64,000 bases of DNA from NCBI GenBank assembly GCA_963816425.1, contig CAWFKP010000006.1, positions 555,678 through 619,677 of the forward strand, given 5' to 3'. The position numbers and the translations under genes were made by a program. The notes under the pieces were generated by a model that saw only the letters and a program-made list of their open reading frames with translations, was not told where the DNA came from and searched no databases. Positions 37,269 to 45,502 of the stretch are shown one piece after another (within the stretch, counting starts at the first letter, position 1; each line of letters opens with the position of its first letter). Origin of the DNA: an uncultured Actinomycetes bacterium (GTDB lineage Bacteria > Actinomycetota > UBA4738 > HRBIN12).

Positions 37269-39724
37269 GCCTTGATCCGCTCGCGCTTCGGGTCATACAT
37301 CGGCTCGAGCGACAGCGTCACGGGATACCGGCGCCCGACGATGTCGAGTTCCCACACCCCCGAGGCGATGAAGGCGTCGTCGGTGTCCTCCTCGCGCTCG
37401 ATCATCGCGAGGCCCACGCTGCCGCCCAGCGTGTGCCCGTAGCCGCCGATCCGGTTCTCGCCGACGTGCACGCCGTCGCGGTACAGCTGCTCGTCCCCGT
37501 ACAGCAGCGGCTCCGGATCGTTCACGAACACCTGGACCATGCGCGAGGTGCGCACCCCGCTGTCGCGCTGCTTCACGAGGGCGTCGCGCCCGATGAACCC
37601 GCCGGGCTTGTCCCAGGCCACCGTGAAGTCCAGCCCGACGTCGATCAGCGAGTCCGAGTTGTCGATGTCCAGCCCGTAGTCCCGGTAGGCCTTCTCCAGA
37701 CGCAGGGAGTTGAGCGCCCCGAGCCCCGCATTGCGGATCCCCAGGTCCGCGCCCGCGGCGAACAAGGCGTCGAACACCGTCAACGCGTAGTCGGTCGGGA
37801 TGTGCAGCTCCCAGCCGAGCTCGCCCAGGTAGGTCACCCGCATCGCGAGGGCAACGCCGTTGCCGACCTCGATCTCCTTGGCCCGCATGTACGGGAACGC
37901 GTCGTTCGACAGGTCGGCGGTCGTCAGCCGAGCGAGCAGCTCGCGCGAACGCGGCCCTTGCACGGTCAGCAGCGTTCGTGCGGAGGACATGTCGGTGATG
38001 GCCACGTAGGGCCCGCCCTCGGCGTGGCGTTGCAACCACGCCAGCATGCGTCGGTGGATGACGTCCGCCCCCACCACGAGGTACAGGTCCTCGTCCAGAC
38101 GCGTCACCGTCACGTCGGTCCAGATGCCACCGTGCTCGGTCAGCCATTGCGTGTAGACGATCTTGCCGATCGGCACCGAGACGTCCGACACGCTGACGCG
38201 GTTGAGCAGCGCCTCGGCGCCCGGGCCGCGCACGAGGATCTTGGCCATGAACGACATGTCCATCACCCCAACGGCCTCGCGCACCGCGCGGTGCTCGTTG
38301 GCCTGTGCGTCGAACGACTGATCCCGGGCCCATCCCTGCGGTCGCTCGTGCGAGACGCCCGGGTCGGCGAACCATTCCGGCACCTCGTACCCGGACAGCA
38401 CCATGAAGTCCGCGCCGGCATCGGCCAGCCGGTCGTGGACCACGGAGCGGCGGACGTCGCGCGCGCTCCACGGTCGCCACGACGGGAACGACGAGTCCCC
38501 GAACAGCGAACCCAATAGTTCGACGCCCCGCTCCTGGCGGAAGGCCCGGTTGGTCATGAACGGCATCGTGCGATCGATGCTCATGCCCGTGACGTCCATC
38601 GCCGGCTCGCCTTCGAGGATCCAGTCCGTCATCAAGGAGCCCACCCCGCCCGAGAGCAGGATCCCCAGGGAGTTGAGCCCGCAGGCGGTGAAGAACCCCC
38701 GCAGCTCCGGCGCCTCGCCGAGGAGCGGACCGTTGTCCGGTGTGAAACTCTCTGGTCCGCAGAAGAACTGCCGGATCCCCGCGTCGTGCAGCGCCGGGAA
38801 CCGGTCCATCGCGTCGGACAGGAACCCCGCCATACGGTCCCAATCCGGCGGCAACACGGCGAACCCCAGGTCCTGCGGGATCGCGTCCAGCGACCACGGC
38901 GCCGCCTTTGGTTCGAACAGCCCGACGAGGATGCCGCCGGCCTCCTCGCGGTAGTAGCCGTAGCGATCCGGATCCTCGACCACCGGCAGGTCGGGGTGTG
39001 CCCACGCCACGGTGTCGGTCAACAGGTAGTAGTGCTCGGCCGCCTGCAGCGGCACCGTGACGCCCGCGAGCGCCCCGAGCTGGCGGCCCCACATGCCGGC
39101 GGCGACCACCACGGTCTCGGTCTCGATCGATCCCCGGTCGGTCTCGACCCCGGTGACGCGCCCACCGGCGGTCACGAAGCCGGTGACCGTCACACCTTCG
39201 ACGATCTGGGCTCCGCCCATCCGCGCGCCCTTGGCGTAGGCCTGCGTGACGTCGGCCGGGTTCGCACGTCCCTCGTCGGGGACCCAGGCGGCGGTGATGA
39301 TGTCGTCGACCTTGGCGGTCGGCCAGAGACGCTGCACCTCCTCCGGGCCGACGAGCTCGATCGGGACCCCGTGTGCCTTGGCGAAGATCGCCTCTCGGGT
39401 CACCGTCTCCACCCGCTGGGGCGTGCACGCGAGGTGCAGGTGTCCGATGCGGCGGAACCCCGTGTCCTGACCGGTCTCCTCGGTCAGCTGCGGCAGGAGC
39501 TCGGCGGTGTAGCGGGACATCCACAGGAAGGTGTCATTCGGCATGCCCGCCGAGGTGATCAGCCCGGCCGCGTGCCAGGTCGTGCCGGCGGTGAGTTCCT
39601 TGCGTTCCAGCAGGACGACGTCGCGGACGCCGGCCTTCGTGAGGTGATAGGCGATGCTGCAGCCGATCACGCCGCCGCCGACCACGACGACCCGTGCCCG
39701 CTGGGGGAGTGCGCTGTCCGTCAC
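37265..39724 (-). CDS. dimethylglycine/sarcosine dehydrogenase-like FAD oxidoreductase + GcvT-fold protein (copy 3, intact)
   Basis: GTG 39724 is preceded by AGGAGG. RVVVVGGGVIGCSIAYHL, TWHAAG, and C-terminal aminomethyltransferase motifs YLGELGWELH and SLRLEKAY. A single uninterrupted 819-codon frame. Confidence 0.85.
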   Translation of the reverse strand: MTDSALPQRARVVVVGGGVIGCSIAYHLTKAGVRDVVLLERKELTAGTTWHAAGLITSAGMPNDTFLWMSRYTAELLPQLTEETGQDTGFRRIGHLHLACTPQRVETVTREAIFAKAHGVPIELVGPEEVQRLWPTAKVDDIITAAWVPDEGRANPADVTQAYAKGARMGGAQIVEGVTVTGFVTAGGRVTGVETDRGSIETETVVVAAGMWGRQLGALAGVTVPLQAAEHYYLLTDTVAWAHPDLPVVEDPDRYGYYREEAGGILVGLFEPKAAPWSLDAIPQDLGFAVLPPDWDRMAGFLSDAMDRFPALHDAGIRQFFCGPESFTPDNGPLLGEAPELRGFFTACGLNSLGILLSGGVGSLMTDWILEGEPAMDVTGMSIDRTMPFMTNRAFRQERGVELLGSLFGDSSFPSWRPWSARDVRRSVVHDRLADAGADFMVLSGYEVPEWFADPGVSHERPQGWARDQSFDAQANEHRAVREAVGVMDMSFMAKILVRGPGAEALLNRVSVSDVSVPIGKIVYTQWLTEHGGIWTDVTVTRLDEDLYLVVGADVIHRRMLAWLQRHAEGGPYVAITDMSSARTLLTVQGPRSRELLARLTTADLSNDAFPYMRAKEIEVGNGVALAMRVTYLGELGWELHIPTDYALTVFDALFAAGADLGIRNAGLGALNSLRLEKAYRDYGLDIDNSDSLIDVGLDFTVAWDKPGGFIGRDALVKQRDSGVRTSRMVQVFVNDPEPLLYGDEQLYRDGVHVGENRIGGYGHTLGGSVGLAMIEREEDTDDAFIASGVWELDIVGRRYPVTLSLEPMYDPKRERIKA

Positions 39725-39744
39725 GATGCCTCCTGCAGATGGCG

Positions 39745-39762
39745 GGCCGGCGATCGCCGGCC
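39745..39762. promoter_or_regulatory. 18-bp perfect palindrome GGCCGGCGATCGCCGGCC, 21 nt upstream of the intact DMGDH-like gene
   Basis: Read directly. It is self-complementary over all 18 positions and centred on GATC. Confidence 0.3.
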
Positions 39763-39876
39763 GGAACGCTGCCACATGCTAACGGGGGCTCGACGGCGCT
39801 CAGTAACCGCCCGAGGAGCGAGGCACACGCGCGTGCGCCGGAGCTGCTACGGCCCGCACGAAGGCGATCTGATGCG

Positions 39877-40074
39877 TCAGCGCCAGCGCTTCGTGGTGCG
39901 AACGTCGAGGACCACTTCGTTCGACTCGCGCTCCAGCATCGCGGCGCGCAGCTCGGCCTCGATCGAACGCGGCTGCACCGTGAGACCGGATAGGCGCGCG
40001 CGCAGGCCGCTGTTGTCGTGATGCGGGGTGCCGACGACGATCGGTTCCAACTCCAGGGTGTACGTGAGGGCCAT
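39877..40074 (-). CDS. small hypothetical protein (65 aa)
   Basis: GGAAGGAA precedes ATG 40074. MALTYTLELEPIVVGTPHHDNSGLRARL... has high GC3. No family recognised. Confidence 0.4.
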   Translation of the reverse strand: MALTYTLELEPIVVGTPHHDNSGLRARLSGLTVQPRSIEAELRAAMLERESNEVVLDVRTTKRWR

Positions 40075-40215
40075 GAGGGGGATTCCTTCCGTTCGGTCCG
40101 CCCACGGTAACGGCGCCCACCGGGTGAGTGCATCCGCCCTGTGGTCCATCCTCCGCCGTGTCGGTGCGGGGCCAGCGGACCTAGGTCCGATGTCGACGGC
40201 GGTGGCCGTCGCTTG

Positions 40216-40755
40216 TCACGAGCGGGGGCGCTCCATCCGAACGCCGCTCCACGATCCGTCGGCGTCGGACTCCTCGAATCGTTCCACGACGAGGAGTCCG
40301 ACCTTCGCGGCCACGCGCACCGACGGGTCGTTGCCGGCGTCGGCGTAGGCCCGGACCACCTCGGCATCGAGCGTGTCGAACGCGTAGTCGACGAGCGCGG
40401 CGACGGCCTCCGTGGCGTACCCGCGGCCCTGGTGGCCCGGCGCAACCGTGTAGCCCACCAGCATGACGTCGGCGTCCTCACGATCCGGGCACAGGCCCAC
40501 ATCGCCGACCAGGGTTCCGTCCTCCAGGGTCTCGACCGTGAATTGCACCCAGCCGCCCGGCTCGCCGGGGACGCGCCGAAGCATCTGCTCGATCTCGCCG
40601 CGAACGTGATCCGGATCGGTCTTGTGCCAGCCCTGATGGGCGCGAACCTCGGGATCGCTGCGATAGGCGGAGATAGCCTCGGCATCGCCCGGGAGCGACC
40701 GACGCAGGCGGAGGCGCGCCGTGCGCAGCTCGGTGAACGCCGGGTCGGTTCGCAT
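40216..40755 (-). CDS. GNAT family N-acetyltransferase (RimJ/RimL-like)
   Basis: 179 aa with the N-terminal TARLRLRR motif and the acetyl-CoA site GHQGRGYATEA. Confidence 0.8.
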   Translation of the reverse strand: MRTDPAFTELRTARLRLRRSLPGDAEAISAYRSDPEVRAHQGWHKTDPDHVRGEIEQMLRRVPGEPGGWVQFTVETLEDGTLVGDVGLCPDREDADVMLVGYTVAPGHQGRGYATEAVAALVDYAFDTLDAEVVRAYADAGNDPSVRVAAKVGLLVVERFEESDADGSWSGVRMERPRS

Positions 40756-40773
40756 CCGGCCAGCGTAGCGGCG

Positions 40774-40950
40774 TTATCGCGAGTAGGTGAAGTGCTCGCG
40801 CTCCATGCGGGACAGCTCGAGGATCGCGGTGCGCATGTCCTCGTCGTCCGGGTGCGTCGCGAGCCAGGATCGCATCGCGGCCATGAGCGACGAGATCTGG
40901 TTCAGCGAGGAGGCGGTCGATACCAGGGAAAGGAGTTCCGTGCGTTCCAT
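40774..40950 (-). CDS. small helical hypothetical protein (58 aa)
   Basis: ATG 40950. High GC3. Lies 18 nt upstream of the GNAT gene. No recognisable RBS; AT-rich TGATAGATGT lies immediately upstream. Confidence 0.35.
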   Translation of the reverse strand: MERTELLSLVSTASSLNQISSLMAAMRSWLATHPDDEDMRTAILELSRMEREHFTYSR

Positions 40951-41029
40951 ACATCTATCAGTACCCCGCCCGGGCCCCCGAGGATGCACTATCGACCTCC
41001 TTGCCACCCGAGCAGCACAGACCTGCAAC

Positions 41030-41500
41030 ATGTCGGCGGGGTACGCTGCCAGCATGGCCATCGCAGCCGGCGTCGCCGCACCACCCGTCGAGGGCGTGCC
41101 GGATGACGGTCCCCGGGTGCTCGTCTTCTTCAAGGTGACCTGCTCGACCACGCACCTGGCCACCCCGGCGATCGAGCGGTTGGGGCGCGCCTACCCCGGT
41201 CGCGTGATCGGCGTGGGCCAGGACGACCGGTCGGCCCTGGACGAGTTCGCCAAGACCTTCGACCTGTCGCTGCCGCTGGTGCCCGATCTCGCCCCCTACG
41301 TCGCCTCGGACGCCTACGGGATCGCGTCCGCGCCCACCGCCGTCGCCATCGGCGCCGGCGGTGCGGTGCTCGACGTCGCCGAGTCGTGGGACCGCCCGGC
41401 CTGGAACCGTCTGGCCGCCATCTTCGCGCAGGAGATCGGCGCCGAGCCGGTGGCGGTCTCCGAGCCCGGTGACGGTCTGCCGGACTTCAAACCCGGCTGA
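41030..41500 (+). CDS. thioredoxin-fold (TlpA/redoxin-like) protein with degenerate active site CSTT
   Basis: ATG 41030 inside ORF 40787-41500. VLVFFKVTCSTTHLATPAIERL occupies the position of the usual W-C-x-x-C motif. Downstream YGIASAPTAVAIG resembles the cis-Pro loop region. Confidence 0.5.
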   Translation: MSAGYAASMAIAAGVAAPPVEGVPDDGPRVLVFFKVTCSTTHLATPAIERLGRAYPGRVIGVGQDDRSALDEFAKTFDLSLPLVPDLAPYVASDAYGIASAPTAVAIGAGGAVLDVAESWDRPAWNRLAAIFAQEIGAEPVAVSEPGDGLPDFKPG

Positions 41501-41591
41501 ACCACCCGCAACGTCCGCTCGGTCTGAGCGGGCACGATGCGACCGGCGTCCGCCCACGGTAGGTTTCCGCGCACGACGACGAGGAGGACCG

Positions 41592-42893
41592 ATGACGGAC
41601 GCCAAGACGATCGCCTTCTTCCCCGAGCCCGGCGCGTGGGGGCCGACCAACAACTGCGTGGCGATCGCCAACGTGCTCAAGGAGCGTGGACATCGGATCG
41701 TCTTCGTGATCGACGAGTCCTTCACCGGCGTGCTCGAGGCCAAGGGGTTCGAGGAACGGCTGATGCGGATGGCACCGCCCGAGGAGAACGCCGATCCCGA
41801 CGCCGATCCGTGGGCGGAGTTCATCCGCGTCACCGCCCCGGAGTTCCGCAAGCCGACGATCGAGCAGATCGAGACGGTCACCAAGCCGATCTGGGAGGCG
41901 CTGGTCGCGGGCGAGCGCTACAGCCACGACACGATCATGGGCATCTGGGCCGAGGTCCGGCCCGACGTGGTCGTGACCGACAACGTGACGGGCTATCCGG
42001 CGATCGAGTTGGCCGGCGCGCCCTGGGTGCGGTTCGTGTCGGCGAACCCGCTCGAGATGCGCGATGAGCTCCTGCCGCCCGTGCTCTCGGGCCTGCCCGT
42101 CGCGGACCCCAGCGGGTGGCAGCCCTTCCGCGAGGAGTACCACCGGCAGCACGAGGCGTTGCTCGGCGAGCACAACGAGTTCCGTGCCTCCGTCGGGGTG
42201 GCCCCGTGTCCGATCGACGAGTTCAACACCCACTCGCCGTGGCTGAACCTCTATCTGTTCCCCGAGGCCGCCGACTACACCCGCGCCGAACCGCTGGACC
42301 CCACGTGGCACCGTCTGCAGTCGACCGTGCGCACCGGCGAGGCGCCCTTCGATGTCGCGGACATGGTCCCCGGAGACGGGAAGGTCGTGTACCTGTCCCT
42401 GGGATCGCTGGGCTGCATGGACGTCGGGCTGATGCAGCGGCTGATCGACGCGATGGCTTCGACGCCGCACCGCACGATCGTGTCGATGGGCCCGCTCAAG
42501 GAACAGATGACCTTGGGCCCGAACATGTACGGCGCCGAGTTCCTGCCGCAGCCCTCGATCCTGCCGCAATGCGACCTGCTCATCACCCATGGCGGGAACA
42601 ACACCACGTGTGAGGGCTTCCACTTCGGATTGCCGATGATCGGCCTGCCGTTGTTCTGGGATCAGTACGACAACGCGCAGCGGCTCGACGAGACAGGGTT
42701 CGGCGTCCGGCTGCCGACGTATGACTGGGAGCCCGCGCAGCTGACCGGCGCCGTGGATCGGCTGCTCGGCGACGAGGACCTCGCGGCACGGATGGGGCGG
42801 ATCGCCACCGCCGTGCGGGCCGACCCCGGCCACGTAAAGGCCGCGTCGCTGATCGAGCGGGTCGCGGTGACGGGCGAGCCCGTCACCCGGTAG
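41592..42893 (+). CDS. GT1-family glycosyltransferase (MGT/UDP-glycosyltransferase type)
   Basis: GAGGAGG precedes ATG 41592. C-terminal nucleotide-sugar signature HGGNNTTCEGFHFGLPMIGLPLFWDQYDNA. Confidence 0.85.
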   Translation: MTDAKTIAFFPEPGAWGPTNNCVAIANVLKERGHRIVFVIDESFTGVLEAKGFEERLMRMAPPEENADPDADPWAEFIRVTAPEFRKPTIEQIETVTKPIWEALVAGERYSHDTIMGIWAEVRPDVVVTDNVTGYPAIELAGAPWVRFVSANPLEMRDELLPPVLSGLPVADPSGWQPFREEYHRQHEALLGEHNEFRASVGVAPCPIDEFNTHSPWLNLYLFPEAADYTRAEPLDPTWHRLQSTVRTGEAPFDVADMVPGDGKVVYLSLGSLGCMDVGLMQRLIDAMASTPHRTIVSMGPLKEQMTLGPNMYGAEFLPQPSILPQCDLLITHGGNNTTCEGFHFGLPMIGLPLFWDQYDNAQRLDETGFGVRLPTYDWEPAQLTGAVDRLLGDEDLAARMGRIATAVRADPGHVKAASLIERVAVTGEPVTR

Positions 42894-43410
42894 CGATGCC
42901 GGCCGCGGAGTCGGTGCCCAGTCGATAGAGACCGAGCATGCTGCCCTCGAGCTCGACCTCCTTCTCCCACGTCATGCCGAGCTTCCGCGCCACGTTGATG
43001 GACGCGGCGTTGTCCGGGTAGATCAGCGAGACGAGATCGGGCCGGATCGCACGGCCGTACTCGCGGATCGCCGTGCCGGCCTCGGTCGCGAACCCCTTGC
43101 CCCAGTCCGTGCGGGCGAGCAGATACGCCACTTCCAGTTCCTCGCGACCGCCCATCGACGGCCACAGGATCAGGCCGCAGACACCGATCATGCGCCCCGA
43201 GGCGCGCTCGACGGTCGCCCATTGGCCCCAGCCTCGCTCTGCGTAGTGCTGCCGCTGACGTTCGATCATGCCGGCGGCCACGTCGCGTCCGAGGACGCCG
43301 CCGCCGCCGATCCATCGCATGACCTCCTCGTCGGCGAACATCGCGGCCAGATCGTCGAGATCGCCCGTCTCGAGCTCTCGCAGCGCGAGGCGTTCCGTCT
43401 CGAGGGTCAT
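42883..43410 (-). CDS. GNAT family N-acetyltransferase
   Basis: 175 aa inside ORF 42883-44382. TERLALRELETGD N-terminus and WGKGFATEA acetyl-CoA motif. Confidence 0.8.
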   Translation of the reverse strand: MTLETERLALRELETGDLDDLAAMFADEEVMRWIGGGGVLGRDVAAGMIERQRQHYAERGWGQWATVERASGRMIGVCGLILWPSMGGREELEVAYLLARTDWGKGFATEAGTAIREYGRAIRPDLVSLIYPDNAASINVARKLGMTWEKEVELEGSMLGLYRLGTDSAAGIATG

Positions 43411-43449
43411 GCGCGGAGCATAGGCGGGAACCCTGTCAGACTGCCCGCC

Positions 43450-44295
43450 GTGGACACGAAGGCGCGGGCACCGATCGACGTCCCCGATGGCTGGACGGTC
43501 GAAGAGCGGCAGGGGCTCGGACCGTTCGTGACGCGTGAGGCGTATCGGCTGGCCGACGGGACGCGCCGCGAATGGTCGTCCCGAGGGCACCGGAAGCACG
43601 ACGCGGCGATCCGACCCGGCAGTCTGTGGTGGCAGCCGCACGCGATCGGCTGGTGGATCGCGCTGTTGTTCGCGATCGGGTCGTTCCTGTTCGGGCTCGG
43701 TGTGGTGCCGGCCTACGCCGACGCCGTCGGCGGACCCGCGGACGCGATGACCTTCTTCGCCGGGTCGATCTTCTTCACGAGCGCGGGCTATCTGCAGTTC
43801 CTGCAGGCGATCAACGCGCCAACCGACGCGGCCGGCGACGCGGGTCGGCGCAGGCGCTGGATCGCGTGGCAGCCCGAGCGGATCGACTGGTGGGCATGCG
43901 GCGTGCAGTCCATCGGCACCCTGTTCTTCAACATCAGCACCTTCGCCGCGACGCGGAGCGCGCTGGATGCGGCGCAGGCGCACCGGCTGATCTGGCGACC
44001 GGACATGCTCGGGTCGATCGCCTTCATGATCGCGAGCTCGCTCGCCTGGTTCGAGGTCTGCCACCGCTGGTGGGCCGTCATGCCCCGCAGCGTCTCCTGG
44101 TGGATCGTGGCGATGAACCTCGGGGGATCGATCGCCTTCCTCATCTCGGCGTTCGCCGCCTACATCAACCCCGAGACCGGCGAGATCGCCAACATCCCGG
44201 TCGCGAACCTCGGGACGTTCCTCGGGGCGGTGGGCTTCTTCGTCGGGGCGCTGCTGCTGGTGCCCGAGATGCGCGAGCACGCCGCTACCGAGTGA
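43450..44295 (+). CDS. integral membrane protein with six repeated GS-x2-F helices (YrhK-like motif)
   Basis: GTG 43450. Six TM helices each carry a G-S/T-x-x-F core (IGSFLF, AGSIFF, IGTLFF, LGSIAF, GGSIAF, LGAVGFF). Confidence 0.55.
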   Translation: MDTKARAPIDVPDGWTVEERQGLGPFVTREAYRLADGTRREWSSRGHRKHDAAIRPGSLWWQPHAIGWWIALLFAIGSFLFGLGVVPAYADAVGGPADAMTFFAGSIFFTSAGYLQFLQAINAPTDAAGDAGRRRRWIAWQPERIDWWACGVQSIGTLFFNISTFAATRSALDAAQAHRLIWRPDMLGSIAFMIASSLAWFEVCHRWWAVMPRSVSWWIVAMNLGGSIAFLISAFAAYINPETGEIANIPVANLGTFLGAVGFFVGALLLVPEMREHAATE

Positions 44296-45457
44296 GCTCC
44301 TGGTCGATCGGGGTTCGGAACCGCGGGATGACACGCGCGTCTCCGAGCCAGGCGGCGAGGCGATCGCGCTCGCGACGCACACGCTGCTCGGTCGCGCGAT
44401 CGACCGGCTCGAGGATCTTGGTCGCGATCGCGCCGTCCGCCGTCTGCGCCCAGCCGCCGATCACCCTGCCGTCGGCCCAGATCGTCGGTCCCGCGTTGCC
44501 GTTGCGATCGAACACCGCGGAGCCGTGCGCGCCGAGGTACCAGTCGCGTTCCTTCCAGCCCATGATCGTCGGGTCGAGGCTCGGCAGGAACGCGACCCAG
44601 CGCTTCGGTGGCCGCAGGGCCGCGGCGTCATCGGCCAGGACGTACCCGGTGGCGCCGCCGTCGAGCGCGACCTCCGCGACCTCGAGGGACGCGAGCGCTG
44701 CGTTCGCCTGGCGCGCCGTCCAGCCCGTCCACCAGCGGATATCGGCCATGGAGCCCGGTCCGAAGGCGTGGAGCCAGCGACGGAGGAGCTCCGCGGCGGC
44801 CACATCGTGGTCGAGGGTTTGCAGCGGCGCCCCGAGCCACACGTCGGTCGGCGCCCACCGGTACTGGCTCGAAAGCCAGGAACCGCGGGGGCGGCCGCGC
44901 ACGATCCGCGCGTCGGTCGCGAGCAGGAACAGGACGCGGGTGGAGACGCCGACCTGCGCCCCCCAGGTCTTGCCCTCGCCGAACGAGAGCTTCTTCCCCA
45001 GCGCCGGCACGGACTCGGTGAGCTCGGTCGCGGTGGCCTCGCCACGTTCGTGCAACGCGGCCATCGTGTCTCGCTCGACGCGGCGGAGCCACCGCGCGCC
45101 GTCGCGCGCCACGCCCTGCTCCTCGAGCATCGCGATCAACCGGCGTCGCTGCGGCGGCGCGAGCGCCTTCGTACAGGCCTCGTCCATGACCGCGGCGAGG
45201 TCGACCGGGACGACGAACATCGTGCGCCGCATGCCGAGCATGCGCACCACCGAGCGTCGCTCGTAGAGGGCGCTCTCCAGATCGGCGTGCACGAAGTCGC
45301 GCACACGCGCGCGGGCGGCCAGGTAGACCGTGGCCGGATCGGTCGCATGGAGGCCGACCAGCTCGGCCGCGGCTTCCTCCACCGTGTCGAACGGCCGGGC
45401 GAGCCCGTGGCGGATCGCCAGGCGCACGCGGCGTTGTTCGGCGTCGATCGCCTGCAT
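44285..45457 (-). CDS. winged-helix YcaQ/AlkZ-like DNA glycosylase family protein
   Basis: 390 aa with a family-typical layout: VGLHATDPATVYLAARAR, RRTMFVVP, and the C-terminal FDRNGNAGPTIWADGRVIGGW motif. Confidence 0.7.
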   Translation of the reverse strand: MQAIDAEQRRVRLAIRHGLARPFDTVEEAAAELVGLHATDPATVYLAARARVRDFVHADLESALYERRSVVRMLGMRRTMFVVPVDLAAVMDEACTKALAPPQRRRLIAMLEEQGVARDGARWLRRVERDTMAALHERGEATATELTESVPALGKKLSFGEGKTWGAQVGVSTRVLFLLATDARIVRGRPRGSWLSSQYRWAPTDVWLGAPLQTLDHDVAAAELLRRWLHAFGPGSMADIRWWTGWTARQANAALASLEVAEVALDGGATGYVLADDAAALRPPKRWVAFLPSLDPTIMGWKERDWYLGAHGSAVFDRNGNAGPTIWADGRVIGGWAQTADGAIATKILEPVDRATEQRVRRERDRLAAWLGDARVIPRFRTPIDQELTR

Positions 45458-45502
45458 GCACGCACGCTACCGGGTCTCGCCGACGCGCGTAGGCTCGCTG
45501 CG

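Noticed and set aside
40216-40950. 58-aa protein followed after 18 nt by a GNAT: a possible antitoxin / GNAT-toxin (TacT/AtaT-like) pair.
   Set aside because: The GNAT has the RimJ/RimL-type N-terminus (TARLRLRR) and size, rather than the compact tRNA-acetylating toxin layout. The small protein shows no ribbon-helix-helix or DUF1778-like pattern. The genes do not overlap and no mobile context is present.
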